A stretch of DNA of 52,775 nt from Candidatus Omnitrophota bacterium (GCA_007135805.1 SLID01000091.1:1-52775); one strand, 5' to 3'; shown: positions 24,298-34,511, counted from the stretch's first letter. The notes: generated by a model not told the origin, from the sequence alone. Numbers and translations are program-made.

Positions 24298-25245
24298 ATG
24301 GCTAAAATACGTGTAGGGGTAGTGGGTACCGGCCACCTTGGGAAATTCCACGCGAAAGTGTATTCCGCTCTTAAGAGCAGGACAGGAATAGAATTCGCGG
24401 GAGTGTGCGATATCGATACCTCCTCCGGGAAAGAAATAGCGCGGAAATATAACGCCGATTTTTTCCCGCGGCATACCGACCTTATTGACAAAGTGGACGC
24501 TGTAAGTATAGTCGTTCCTACCGTCGCCCATTACGAAGTGGCGAAAGACTTTATAGTGGCGGGAAAACACGTGCTTATAGAAAAACCGCTCACAAAAACA
24601 GTCGAGGAAGCTGAAGAGCTTATTTCACTAGCCAAACAGAAAGGCGTTATAATCCAGGTGGGGCATATCGAAAGGTTTAACTCGGCTGTAAGGGCGATAG
24701 AACCTTTTCTGGAAAAACCCAGATTTATCGAATGTCAGAGACTCGGATCAGCGACAAAAAAAGGCCGTATAAAGGACGTTGGCGTAGTGCTCGACCTCAT
24801 GATACATGACATAGACATAATACTCGCCCTTGTCAGATCCAAGGTCCGAAGCATTGAAGCCGTGGGCATGAGTACTGTCTCCGACCATGAGGATATGGCC
24901 AATGTCCGGCTGACTTTCCAGAACAACATCATCGCCGACATAACCGCCAGCCGCGTGACAAAGGAAGAAACAAGAAAAATACGCATCTTCCAGGAAAATT
25001 CATACATCCTGCTGGATTATCTTCACCAGGAGGCTTTCCTGTTCCAGAGGTCGGGTAAAAAACTGCTGAAAAAGAAGATACCCATACGCAAAAAAGAACC
25101 TCTTAAAGCGGAACTGAAATCTTTTATCGATTGTGTCAGGAATAACCGTCGGCCTCTGGTGTCGGGACAGGAAGGTAAGCAGGCACTTCTTGTGGCGCTT
25201 GACATACTTGAAAAGATAAACCATAACCACGCTTCCCTGCTCTGA
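24298..25245 (+). CDS. Gfo/Idh/MocA family NAD(P)-dependent oxidoreductase
   Basis: The N-terminal Rossmann segment IRVGVVGTGHLGKFHAKVY and EKPL motif are family hallmarks. It lies directly upstream of lpxB. A role in sugar-nucleotide oxidation for lipid A is possible but unproven. Confidence 0.8.
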   Translation: MAKIRVGVVGTGHLGKFHAKVYSALKSRTGIEFAGVCDIDTSSGKEIARKYNADFFPRHTDLIDKVDAVSIVVPTVAHYEVAKDFIVAGKHVLIEKPLTKTVEEAEELISLAKQKGVIIQVGHIERFNSAVRAIEPFLEKPRFIECQRLGSATKKGRIKDVGVVLDLMIHDIDIILALVRSKVRSIEAVGMSTVSDHEDMANVRLTFQNNIIADITASRVTKEETRKIRIFQENSYILLDYLHQEAFLFQRSGKKLLKKKIPIRKKEPLKAELKSFIDCVRNNRRPLVSGQEGKQALLVALDILEKINHNHASLL

Positions 25246-25276
25246 TCAACTTAAGGGTAAAGACCCGGGACCGGCC

Positions 25277-26431
25277 ATGGGACCAAACATACTGATAATC
25301 GCGGGAGAACCCTCAGGAGACATTCGCGGAGCCGAACTTGTCCGGGAACTTAAACCTCTTTTAAACGACGTTTCGTTCTGGGGTTTCGGCGGGGATGCCA
25401 TGTCGGCCGAAGGGGTGGAAATAGTCCGGCATATAAGGGACCTTTCCATGGTCGGGGCCGTTGAGATAATCCACAAACTTCCGGATGTATGGCGCCATTA
25501 CCTCCAGATAAAACGCCTTTGCCGTGAAAGAAAACCCCGCATGGCCATACTTATAGACTATCCCGGTTTCAACCTCAGAGTTGCCGGGCTTTTAAGCTCG
25601 CTTTCTGTGCCTGTAGTTTATTTCATAATACCTCAAGTATGGGCATGGGGCCGGGGCCGTTTGAAAAAGATCAAGAAATACGTCAGGAAGGCTCTCGTTC
25701 TTTTCCCGTTCGAGAAAACCCTGCTTCAGGATAACGGCATAGACTGCGAATTTGTGGGGCACCCGATAGTGGACGCTTTTCAGGATAGCCCCGCGGAAGA
25801 CAGGGCGGAAACTGGCCTTGCCGGGTCCGGGGAAACGCTCAATATCGCGCTTCTCCCGGGATCAAGAAAACATGAGATAAACTATATGCTTCCCGTAATG
25901 CTCGAGGCGGCGGCGATGGTCCGGGGCGAAATTCCTCAAACACGTTTTTTTCTCGCTGAAAGCCCCAATATCGACAAGTCCGTATATGACAGTTTCCTGT
26001 CATCTTTTGAGAATTTGGTTGAACGCCGGTGGCGAGGCGACACGGCGGGGACTCTGGCGAATTGTGACATGGCTATAATAACTTCCGGCACCGCTACTCT
26101 TGAGGGCGCGATGATGGTTAAACCCATGGTGATAGTTTACAAGGCCTCGCCCATAACATACCTTTTCTATCTTCTTCTTTCCCGGACGCCTTTTCTGGGA
26201 CTTGTTAATATAGTGGCCGGAAAAGAAATAGCTCCCGAACTTCTGCAGCACGATCTCACCGCCCGGAACCTTGCCCGGACCGTGCTTGAGATCTCTGAAG
26301 ATCCTGAACGGCTTAACGAAATGCGGACGGAACTTAGAAAAGTAAAAGACGCTCTTGGAGAAAGTGGCGCCGCGGGAAAAGCGGCCGGGGCGGTCTCTTC
26401 GTTATACGAGACCCTTTATGGCCAGGGCTGA
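25277..26431 (+). CDS. lpxB: lipid-A-disaccharide synthase
   Basis: 384 aa. ILIIAGEPSGDIRGAELVREL and LPGSRKHEI are LpxB signatures. Confidence 0.9.
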   Translation: MGPNILIIAGEPSGDIRGAELVRELKPLLNDVSFWGFGGDAMSAEGVEIVRHIRDLSMVGAVEIIHKLPDVWRHYLQIKRLCRERKPRMAILIDYPGFNLRVAGLLSSLSVPVVYFIIPQVWAWGRGRLKKIKKYVRKALVLFPFEKTLLQDNGIDCEFVGHPIVDAFQDSPAEDRAETGLAGSGETLNIALLPGSRKHEINYMLPVMLEAAAMVRGEIPQTRFFLAESPNIDKSVYDSFLSSFENLVERRWRGDTAGTLANCDMAIITSGTATLEGAMMVKPMVIVYKASPITYLFYLLLSRTPFLGLVNIVAGKEIAPELLQHDLTARNLARTVLEISEDPERLNEMRTELRKVKDALGESGAAGKAAGAVSSLYETLYGQG

Positions 26432-27205
26432 GGCATCCGCGATCTTGACCGTTTCCTGCCTGTTAATGATAAACATTTTACCGCTTTGAATGGCCAGGGC
26501 GCTGAATTTGCCCTCGGTAAGTTTTTTGACCGTATCGGGGCCTACCACCGGCACATCCCACCTCATATCCTGTCCCGGGCGGGAAACCTTTACCATAACA
26601 CATCCCTCCCCGGCTATGGCGGCGGCCCTTTCAATAACCTTATCAGTACCTTCCATGGCCTCTACCGCCACTACTGTCTTGTTCTTCACCACCACTGTCT
26701 GGCCGATATCCATATCGGCCAGGGTCTTTGCCACAGAATATCCGTAAGAGATGTCCTTTTCCGCGGTTTCGGAGGGCACAGTCGATGTGAGAACTCCCCG
26801 GGGGACCAGAAGGTGGCCAAGATGGTCGAGTCCGTCGGTCACTTTCACTCCTATAAGCGCGAGACGCCGGGTTATTTCACCGAGTATGGAATAATCTTTG
26901 CCGTCTTTCAGTCTGGTGAGTTGGCGTGAGTGCTGGGCGCGGGGCCGCCCCTTTTCATAGATGATCTTTTTCTCGAACTTGCCAAGAAGTACCAGGCGCC
27001 TGATACCGTTCGTAACGAGCAGAACAAATAATTTTCTGTACTGGGTGAGCCGGAGCCAGTATATCTTTTCGGCTATTTCTTCGAGACGCTTGTCGGAAAT
27101 TCCTTCCACAGCGAAAACTATCACTTTGTCGCCGCTTCGCTTCGCGGAGGAAGCGAACTCTACAGGCATATCTCCGGCACCCGCTACAAGACCTATCTTA
27201 GCCAT
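26402..27205 (-). CDS. lpxI: UDP-2,3-diacylglucosamine hydrolase LpxI (DUF1009 family)
   Basis: IGLVAGAGDMP N-terminus, DIGQTVVVKNKTVVAVEAMEGTD, and SRPGQDMRWDVPVVG. The fabZ-lpxI order is also known from LpxI-type organisms. Confidence 0.8.
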   Translation of the reverse strand: MAKIGLVAGAGDMPVEFASSAKRSGDKVIVFAVEGISDKRLEEIAEKIYWLRLTQYRKLFVLLVTNGIRRLVLLGKFEKKIIYEKGRPRAQHSRQLTRLKDGKDYSILGEITRRLALIGVKVTDGLDHLGHLLVPRGVLTSTVPSETAEKDISYGYSVAKTLADMDIGQTVVVKNKTVVAVEAMEGTDKVIERAAAIAGEGCVMVKVSRPGQDMRWDVPVVGPDTVKKLTEGKFSALAIQSGKMFIINRQETVKIADASALAIKGLV

Positions 27206-27662
27206 TTTGTTTTTCTTTGTCTACCAGGGCGAACATAAGGTCGGCCTCACAGACCTTTGTCCCATCCACGGAAGCTTCCCCGTGACATTGGACTATACTG
27301 CCCTTTTTTACTTTAAGTAAAGTGACTTCAAAAATAAGCTGATCGCCCGGCACTACCGGACGGCGGAACTTGACATTGTCCACCGTCATAAAAAAGGCCA
27401 GTTTGTCCTTATATTCCCCGCTTAGGAGCGCGAGCATTCCGCCGGCCTGGGCAAGCGCTTCTACCTGCAAGACTCCCGGCATTATGGGTTCTCCGGGAAA
27501 ATGTCCCTGAAAAAAAGGCTCATTGATAGTAACGTTCTTAAGGGCCTTTATCCATTTCTCCTCTTCGTAATCCAGTATCCTGTCAAGCATCAGAAAAGGA
27601 TACCTATGAGGTATACGAGACATTATCTCTTTTATATCCACTTTTTTTGAGTTTTCTTTCAT
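27198..27662 (-). CDS. fabZ: 3-hydroxyacyl-ACP dehydratase
   Basis: IPHRYPFLMLDRI and FFQGHFPGEPIMPGVL. Confidence 0.95.
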   Translation of the reverse strand: MKENSKKVDIKEIMSRIPHRYPFLMLDRILDYEEEKWIKALKNVTINEPFFQGHFPGEPIMPGVLQVEALAQAGGMLALLSGEYKDKLAFFMTVDNVKFRRPVVPGDQLIFEVTLLKVKKGSIVQCHGEASVDGTKVCEADLMFALVDKEKQNG

Positions 27663-27707
27663 AATGATCTCCTCCGTTCTTTCAGGTCATCCATTCGCCG
27701 ATAGCGG

Positions 27708-28562
27708 TCATATCTGCCTGATATATTTTTCATGTATTTTTCTTAAAAGCCGGGAATTGAGCTCGTGCCCGGACTTATCACATTCAAACTTTCCCAGTAT
27801 CGGTACTCCCAGCATATACATATCTCCAACAAGGTCAAGTATTTTGTGCCTTACCGGCTCGTTGGGGAACCTGAACGCCGTCTTTAAAGGGCCCTTCCTG
27901 CCCAGGATGAGGGTATTTTGAAATGTCGCCCCCCTTCCCATACCGCTGATCAGTAAAAAGACCGCTTCTTTAAATAAACAAAACGTCCTGGCCGGAGCGA
28001 TCTCTTTTGCGAACGACATATCGTCAAGATCTATACTGAACTTTTCTTTTTTTATACATTCCAGCGGATAGTCTATGTGATAAGTGACCGAAAACTTTTC
28101 CGCGGGAAAAACCGTTAAACTTGCCTTTTCGTTCTCGACCTTTAAGGGCTCGGTGATCTTTATGTATCTTCTCGGTCTGTCTTGTTCTTCTCTGCCCGCC
28201 TGGCTGAGGCGCGCGAAAAACACCGCGGCGCTTCCGTCCATGGCGGGAAATTCAGGACCTTCAACCTCGACCTTAAGGTTATCTATGCCCGCCGCCCACA
28301 GCGCGCTCATGAAGTGCTCCACGGTCTGGACCTTGACCCCCGAAGAAATTATGGAGCTTCTTCTTTTCCGGCCGCCCGAAAAAAAACCGTCTATGAGCTT
28401 TATCTCAGTCCAGGCCGCGCCGCTTTTCCCGCAAAAACTTATTCCCGCTCCGGGGGGCGACGGATAACATTTTACAGTAACCTTACGTCCGGTTTGAAGC
28501 CCCTTTCCGGCGAAAAAAACGGTCTCTTTTATCGTACCCTGCTTTTCCCACATAACTAACAA
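27708..28562 (-). CDS. lpxC: UDP-3-O-acyl-N-acetylglucosamine deacetylase
   Basis: TVEHFMSALWAAGIDN, EFPAMDGSA, and HKILDLVGDMYMLG. Confidence 0.9.
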   Translation of the reverse strand: MLVMWEKQGTIKETVFFAGKGLQTGRKVTVKCYPSPPGAGISFCGKSGAAWTEIKLIDGFFSGGRKRRSSIISSGVKVQTVEHFMSALWAAGIDNLKVEVEGPEFPAMDGSAAVFFARLSQAGREEQDRPRRYIKITEPLKVENEKASLTVFPAEKFSVTYHIDYPLECIKKEKFSIDLDDMSFAKEIAPARTFCLFKEAVFLLISGMGRGATFQNTLILGRKGPLKTAFRFPNEPVRHKILDLVGDMYMLGVPILGKFECDKSGHELNSRLLRKIHEKYIRQI

Positions 28563-28656
28563 AACCGGGACAACAACAAAAAAGTCGCGATCCCGGCATA
28601 AGAGGTTTGTAAACCCTTGTTATCCGGCCTCACAGAAGGACCGGTCGGTGTCTCCC

Positions 28657-29157
28657 CTATCTATTGAGTTCTTGTATAACTTCCTGGGTCAGGTCATACT
28701 CTTCATTAGCGTACATGATGTTGCGCGAATCCAGTATATAGTCATAGCCCCCGGCATCGCCCTTGGATACAACTACGGCCTGTATGTCATCCATCACTTC
28801 CCGGAAAAAATTGTCTTTTCTTTCAAGAATTACCTCCCGGCTTTGCATATCAAATTGCTGAAGTTCCCTGACCATTTCATCCAGTTCCAGCTGTCTTGCG
28901 CGGCGGGCTTCCTCGCTCATAATTTCCAGCTCATCCCTCATCCGCGTTATTTCCCTTATCATAGTATCTCTTTTATCCTGATTCGCCTCGGCAAACTCAG
29001 TGATCTCAGCGTCAAGTTGCTGGGCTTTTTCATATTCGAAAAAAGCGCGCCTGAGATCGACATATCCCACCTTGAGATCCCCGGCGTCAGCCACTGGACC
29101 GCCCCAGACCATAGCGACACATACCAGAGCGCATACCGACACAATAATATTTTTCAT
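28657..29157 (-). CDS. skp: OmpH/Skp-family periplasmic chaperone
   Basis: 166 aa with a signal peptide and a charged coiled-coil body. It lies immediately downstream of bamA. Confidence 0.8.
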   Translation of the reverse strand: MKNIIVSVCALVCVAMVWGGPVADAGDLKVGYVDLRRAFFEYEKAQQLDAEITEFAEANQDKRDTMIREITRMRDELEIMSEEARRARQLELDEMVRELQQFDMQSREVILERKDNFFREVMDDIQAVVVSKGDAGGYDYILDSRNIMYANEEYDLTQEVIQELNR

Positions 29158-29172
29158 GACATCCGCCTCCTG

Positions 29173-31503
29173 TTAAAATCCGTGTGTAACACTGAAGTAG
29201 AACTGACCTTCCCTTTTATCGTCATAGTTGTCTGAAAGAGGGTACCCCCAATCAAGCCGAACAGGACCGATGGGCGTCCTTACCCTTACTCCTACCCCGG
29301 CGCCCGACTTGAAACCCGAATCGTCCTTGGAACCCGTAAGATGTTTAATATGCGCTTCTTCCCAGACATTTCCTATATCGAAAAATACGGCTCCCCTGAC
29401 GATATTCCTGAATACCGGAAATGAGACCTCGGCGTTGCCGATAAGCATGGCTTCTCCTCCAAGCGCCGTATTCGTCCCCCTGTCGCGCGGCCCGACACCT
29501 CTTTCCTTGTAACCTCTTATGGTCCTGGCGCCGCCGGCAAAGAACCTCTCATATATAGGCACCTCGTCGGACTGGCCGTAGCTTTGCACAATACCTCCGG
29601 ATCCCTTCAGCTCTAGTATGATGCCTTCTATTATGCTGTAGTAATAGTTTCCGTAGGCATAGAACTTGTAAAAATCCTTGTCTCCCCCAAGAAAACCCCC
29701 GGCATTCTCCAGAGATGTTCCCGTCACAAACCCTTTTGAGGGGGAAAACCGGTTGTCCCTGGTATCGTACTGAACGTTCCAGGTAAGACGGCTTAAATAG
29801 TTGGAACCCACTTCACGCCGCAAAGCGTCGGTAGCGTTGTCGGCAATATCCGATATTTTTACTTCCTCAAGGTTATAAACAAGACCGGTATTAAGATTAT
29901 CTGTTATCTCTTTTCCCAGACGCAGAGAACCACCCATGCGCATCTCATCGTAACCGTATCCTGTGTGCCCCGAACGCTGGTGTTCGGTGCGGTAAAGATC
30001 AAACCCGAAAAGATACGGGAAGTCGAATATCCAGGGATCCGTCCAGCTGATCAGATAATTCGTCCTGTGGCTTCCAAGTTCCGCCCTTATGGTCAGGTCC
30101 TGACCAGCGCCCGTAAAGCTCGGGAAGTTGAGCGCGTCGAAATTGCGCTGGCGCAGCTGGACAAACCCTATGAAAGCGTCCACGGAACTGTAACCGCCTC
30201 CAAGAGCAAACTCTCCGGTCTTGGTCTCCTTGACGGACACAGTGAGATCCATTACATCTTTGCGATGTGTCGGAGAGGTATCGAAATACACGTCCTCAAA
30301 GTATCCCAGGTTGTATATCCTTTCCTTACTTCTCTTGAGCTTTTCGCCTTCGTACTGTTCCCCGGGATACAGCCTGAGCTCCCGGCGTATGACCTTGTCT
30401 TTTGTCCTGGTGTTACCGACAATATTCACCATTCCCACATACACCACGTCATGCGCCGTGATATTGTACGCGAGATCCATCCTGTCAGTGGCGGCATTGT
30501 ACCTTTGAGTGAGATCTATCTCGGCGTTCATGTACCCTCGATCGTAATACAAAGTCCTTATGGCCTCGACATCTTCCCTGATCTTTTCCATGTCAAAGGG
30601 GTCGCCCGGCCTTGTATTGGTCTTGAAATAAAGTTTTTCATCGGGAAAAGCAAGCTGGCCGCTTATGGTCACTTCCCCTACCAGGTACATCGGACCCTCA
30701 TCGATAATAACAGTCAAGTGCATTTCCGTCTTATCATCAGAATACTCTATCCGGCTCGTTACACGCGCGTCCAGAAACCCCTTACTGCGGTAAAAATTCC
30801 TTATACGCGTTATGTCAGCTCGGAACTTCTGCTCGTCAAACGCCCCTTTTCTTATGAACCACCAGGCAGTTTGCGTGGACATGAATTTTTTCAGTTCCGC
30901 CTCTGGGATATTGGCGTTTCCCTCAAAATCGATCCTGGTTATCCTGCGGGCGAGACCCTCGCTGATATCATAAACAAGAACGGCTTTTCCGGTAGCAGGA
31001 TCTGTCTCAACTTCATAGTTCACTTCCACGGCGCTGTATCCCTGCTCGATATACATCTCTTTAATGGAGGCCACATCCCTTGATACCAGACTGAAATCCA
31101 GGATATCCCCTTCCTTAACATCTATTCTCCGCTCAATACGTCCGGTCCTGATCTTTGTGTTCCCCCGTATCTTTATCTGCCGTATAACAGGTTTTTCAAC
31201 AACAGTAAAAAGTACCACCACCCCTGCCGGAGTATCCTCAACGTGCACAAAAACATCGGCAAAATAGCCCGTCGCGTACAGCCTCTTGATCTCGTTGTTG
31301 AGCGCGGCTTCCTGCACCACATCCCCGGGCTTCATCTTAATGCGGTTCAGTATGGTCGCCGTGCTTATAGCATAATTACCCCTGACCCGTATGTCGTGTA
31401 TCTCCCTGCCATAAGTAGAAGTGTCCCAGGCCCCGACATGGAACGAGGGAACAAGCATTGAGAGGATCAACAGCGGTATGATGAACGACTTTTTTCTTCT
31501 CAT
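29173..31503 (-). CDS. bamA: outer membrane protein assembly factor BamA
   Basis: 776 aa. Signal peptide, POTRA-like repeats (I..I.I.GN), and a C-terminal beta-barrel ending FYFSVTHGF. Confidence 0.9.
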   Translation of the reverse strand: MRRKKSFIIPLLILSMLVPSFHVGAWDTSTYGREIHDIRVRGNYAISTATILNRIKMKPGDVVQEAALNNEIKRLYATGYFADVFVHVEDTPAGVVVLFTVVEKPVIRQIKIRGNTKIRTGRIERRIDVKEGDILDFSLVSRDVASIKEMYIEQGYSAVEVNYEVETDPATGKAVLVYDISEGLARRITRIDFEGNANIPEAELKKFMSTQTAWWFIRKGAFDEQKFRADITRIRNFYRSKGFLDARVTSRIEYSDDKTEMHLTVIIDEGPMYLVGEVTISGQLAFPDEKLYFKTNTRPGDPFDMEKIREDVEAIRTLYYDRGYMNAEIDLTQRYNAATDRMDLAYNITAHDVVYVGMVNIVGNTRTKDKVIRRELRLYPGEQYEGEKLKRSKERIYNLGYFEDVYFDTSPTHRKDVMDLTVSVKETKTGEFALGGGYSSVDAFIGFVQLRQRNFDALNFPSFTGAGQDLTIRAELGSHRTNYLISWTDPWIFDFPYLFGFDLYRTEHQRSGHTGYGYDEMRMGGSLRLGKEITDNLNTGLVYNLEEVKISDIADNATDALRREVGSNYLSRLTWNVQYDTRDNRFSPSKGFVTGTSLENAGGFLGGDKDFYKFYAYGNYYYSIIEGIILELKGSGGIVQSYGQSDEVPIYERFFAGGARTIRGYKERGVGPRDRGTNTALGGEAMLIGNAEVSFPVFRNIVRGAVFFDIGNVWEEAHIKHLTGSKDDSGFKSGAGVGVRVRTPIGPVRLDWGYPLSDNYDDKREGQFYFSVTHGF

Positions 31504-32858
31504 CAGAATCCTTCTTCCTCCTCGTGACGGGCCAGATTGGCGAACCTTGTGTATTCGGGCAAAAACGCCAGTTTTACCACACCGATCGGACCGTGCCGCT
31601 GTTTGGCTATGTTGACTTCCGCTATCCCCTTGTTCTCTTCCGTGGGGTTATAATATTCTTCTCTCATTATGAGCATAACTACATCAGCATCCTGCTCTAT
31701 GGCCCCGGACTCCCTCAGGTCGGAAAGCATGGGCCGATGGTCGGACCTTTGTTCAACTGCCCTGGAGAGCTGGCTTATGGCTATGACGGGAACATTGATT
31801 TCCCGCGCCAGAGCCTTCATAGAACGTGAGATCTCAGATATTTCCTGCTGGCGATTTTCACTTCTGGCCGCGCCTCTCATAAGCTGGAGGTAATCTATAA
31901 TGACAAGCCGTATATCGTGTTTTGACTTGAGCCGCCGGGCTTTCGCTCTGAGCTCCAGGGCGGATATACCCGGCGTGTCATCGATGTATATAGGGGCTTC
32001 GGAAAGCTTGCTCGCCGCCGATATCAGCTTGGGCCAGTCTGTCTGTGAAAAAAATCCGGTCCTGACCTTGTGAGCGTCCACCCCTGCTATGGAACACAGC
32101 ATCCTCTGGGCCAGCTGGTCTTTTGACATCTCAAGACTGAAATACGCGCACGGCACTTTCTCAACAACCGCGGCATATTCCATCATGGATATGGCCAGGG
32201 CGCTTTTCCCCATAGACGGACGTCCGGCGAGAATTATGAGATCGGATTCCTGGAGACCCGCGGTCTTTATGTCCATGTCATGAAAACCCGTGGGGATGCC
32301 GGTAACATTTTCTTTTCTCTGATAGAGCCGGTCTATCATTTCGATACTTTCTTTTACGACCTCTTTCATCTCGCAGACCCGGTCCCCGCTTTTATGTCCC
32401 GAGGTTATATTGAAAATAAGCTTTTCCGCCCGGTCAATAAGCTCGCTGACCTCTGTAGAAGGATCATAACTCTCAGAGGCGATCTTCGTGGCGGTATTGA
32501 TAAGAGAGCGCAGGAGGGCTTTTTCCTTGACTATTCTGGCATAATGTTCAACATTCGCCGATGTAGGAACGATGCCGGCTATCTCGCTGACCCTCGCGGG
32601 TCCGCCTACTTCATCGAGGATATCGCTTTTTTTCAACTCCTCGATCAAGGTCACTATGTCGACGGCTTTCCCGGTATCGTACAGCTTGAGGATGGAACCG
32701 AATATCTTACGGTTACCTTCGGTATAGAAAGAATTTTCATCCAGGTGATCTATGGTGAGAGCTATCGCCTCTCTGTCCAGAAGCATGGACCCGAGGACCG
32801 CTGCCTCGGCTTCAAGATTCTGCGGCGGCATTTTCTCGACAAGCGTTTTTGGGATCAT
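31503..32858 (-). CDS. dnaB: replicative DNA helicase
   Basis: 451 aa. PPQNLEAEAAVLGSML, Walker A GRPSMGKSA, and IIDYLQLM. Confidence 0.95.
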   Translation of the reverse strand: MIPKTLVEKMPPQNLEAEAAVLGSMLLDREAIALTIDHLDENSFYTEGNRKIFGSILKLYDTGKAVDIVTLIEELKKSDILDEVGGPARVSEIAGIVPTSANVEHYARIVKEKALLRSLINTATKIASESYDPSTEVSELIDRAEKLIFNITSGHKSGDRVCEMKEVVKESIEMIDRLYQRKENVTGIPTGFHDMDIKTAGLQESDLIILAGRPSMGKSALAISMMEYAAVVEKVPCAYFSLEMSKDQLAQRMLCSIAGVDAHKVRTGFFSQTDWPKLISAASKLSEAPIYIDDTPGISALELRAKARRLKSKHDIRLVIIDYLQLMRGAARSENRQQEISEISRSMKALAREINVPVIAISQLSRAVEQRSDHRPMLSDLRESGAIEQDADVVMLIMREEYYNPTEENKGIAEVNIAKQRHGPIGVVKLAFLPEYTRFANLARHEEEEGF

Positions 32859-32879
32859 TTTAATATTCCCGGAAAGGTA

Positions 32880-33323
32880 TTACTTTTTAACGACCCAGAC
32901 CTTTACTTCGGCTTTTACCTCAGGGTGAAGCCGTATCTCAACGTTGTAAACGCCTATGGCCTTTATAGGTTCGTCGAGAACGATCTTTCTCTTATCTGTC
33001 TCTATGCCTTCGGATGCCATGGCGTCGGCTATCATTTCAGAGGTAACGGCTCCGAAAAGCTTATCCTCTTCACCGGCTTCCATCGGAATGGTAACTGACA
33101 TACCGGCTATTTTCTCGGCAATGCCTTCGCATTCCTGTTTTATTTTATTTTCCCTTCTCCGCGCTTGGCCCTTTTTCTGTTCCAGCACCTTGATCGCGCC
33201 GGAAGTGGCTTTTATAGCGGCTTTCCGGGGAATGAGGTAATTGCGCGCGTACCCATCCTTTACTTCCACCTCATCGCCCATCTTGCCCAGCCTGTCGACG
33301 TCTTTAATAAGTATCAGCTTCAT
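32880..33323 (-). CDS. rplI: 50S ribosomal protein L9
   Basis: MKLILIKDVDRLGKMGDEVEVKDGYARNYLIP. Confidence 0.95.
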   Translation of the reverse strand: MKLILIKDVDRLGKMGDEVEVKDGYARNYLIPRKAAIKATSGAIKVLEQKKGQARRRENKIKQECEGIAEKIAGMSVTIPMEAGEEDKLFGAVTSEMIADAMASEGIETDKRKIVLDEPIKAIGVYNVEIRLHPEVKAEVKVWVVKK

Positions 33324-33601
33324 CTGGGTCTCCTTCTCTTCCGCTGCAAACCTTCGGTGACACGAACAAAAGGAATAACCGCCGCCAGACGCGCCCGCTT
33401 GACCGCGTTGGCGACCATTCTCTGATGTTTAGCGCAATTTCCCGAAAGACGGGAAGAAATTATCTTGCCTCTGTCAGATATGAAATGGCTCACATATTCC
33501 CCGTCCCTGTAGTCAATTGAAGTCACTTTGCTCTTACAAAGCCGGCAGGGTTTCTTTTTCAACTCCCTGCGCGGTTTTTTTTCTATTTTCTTTTTTGCCA
33601 T
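33320..33601 (-). CDS. rpsR: 30S ribosomal protein S18
   Basis: CRLCKSKVTSIDYRD...GKIISSRLSGNCAKHQR. ATGA overlap with rplI. Confidence 0.95.
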   Translation of the reverse strand: MAKKKIEKKPRRELKKKPCRLCKSKVTSIDYRDGEYVSHFISDRGKIISSRLSGNCAKHQRMVANAVKRARLAAVIPFVRVTEGLQRKRRRPR

Positions 33602-33631
33602 CAGCTGTTCTCTCCTCTTCCTTTTTTACTT

Positions 33632-34084
33632 TTAGAACGGTACATCATCACCCATTCCCGGGTCTTCATCGAGATTTATGGATTCAACTCCTCTATCACC
33701 GTTCCGTGTCCGGCTTTCCTGGCTTTCCGGGGAACCCTGCGGCCTTTCCCCTCTAGAACCCAGAAACTGGACATTTGTGGCCACTACATCGAGCGCGCTT
33801 CTTTTCTGGCCGTCCGGCCCTTCCCAACTGCTGGATTTCAGTCTACCCTCGACCAGTACGGGCCGTCCTTTAGTCAGATATTCCCCGCACACTTCCGCCA
33901 TTTTTCCCCACACGACCACCCGTACGAATGAAACTTCTTCTTTTCTCTCCCCGGACGCGTCTTTGTAGGGCCGATTTATCGCTACTGAAAAGTTGGCCAC
34001 CGCCGTGCCGCTGGGAACATATCTTAACTCAGGATCCCTGGTAAGGTTTCCCGCGAGGAAAACCTTGTTCATGTTGGCTGCCAT
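33632..34084 (-). CDS. ssb: single-stranded DNA-binding protein
   Basis: MNKVFLAGNLTRDPELRY OB-fold opening and an acidic DDVPF C-terminal tip. Confidence 0.95.
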   Translation of the reverse strand: MAANMNKVFLAGNLTRDPELRYVPSGTAVANFSVAINRPYKDASGERKEEVSFVRVVVWGKMAEVCGEYLTKGRPVLVEGRLKSSSWEGPDGQKRSALDVVATNVQFLGSRGERPQGSPESQESRTRNGDRGVESINLDEDPGMGDDVPF

Positions 34085-34163
34085 ACTTTACCTCCCCGGA
34101 TGTGTTGTTCCCCGCTATCTCCCGTCGGCGATGGAGCGCATGCCCACGGCGTATTTCGCCAAA

Positions 34164-34454
34164 CTACTCCCTGGCGTCTACAATAGCCCTTAAAATATCG
34201 GTATTTATGCGGAACCTGTTCATCATGCGGGGAACGTCTGTGGGTACCGCCTTGAATATAACCTCGTAGTACACACCCTCGTTCCGTTTTTTTACAGGAT
34301 ACGCCAAAGCCTTTTTACCGATCACATTTTCAGTGACGATAGCACCCGATTTCTCACCTATAGAGGAACCGATACTCTGCTTCACCTCGTCAAGCTGATC
34401 CAGCTTTTCCGGCGCTATTATGAACAGTCCCGAATATTCCTTAGTGTTTTCCAT
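34164..34454 (-). CDS. rpsF: 30S ribosomal protein S6
   Basis: Position in the rpsF-ssb-rpsR-rplI cluster. Start set at the internal ATG 34454 after a GAGGGG SD; the track ORF extends to 34487. Confidence 0.85.
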   Translation of the reverse strand: MENTKEYSGLFIIAPEKLDQLDEVKQSIGSSIGEKSGAIVTENVIGKKALAYPVKKRNEGVYYEVIFKAVPTDVPRMMNRFRINTDILRAIVDARE

Positions 34455-34511
34455 AATCCCCTCTGATTTGTTTGTAGATGATAACACACATTAGACCCTC
34501 ACGCAAGACAA

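Noticed and set aside
24190-24570. 126-aa minus-strand ORF and neighbours in the msbA/Gfo-Idh-MocA divergent region.
   Set aside because: It overlaps the 5' end of the well-supported plus-strand oxidoreductase gene and has no motifs or SD.
29965-31083. 372-aa plus-strand ORF, along with similar long ORFs at 32280-33098, 38997-39644, 40716-41504, 44867-45541 and 28648-29235.
   Set aside because: All lie antisense within well-supported minus-strand genes (bamA, dnaB, ispE, lipoprotein, TPR, skp). Their translations are low-complexity with no motifs. They are typical shadow ORFs.
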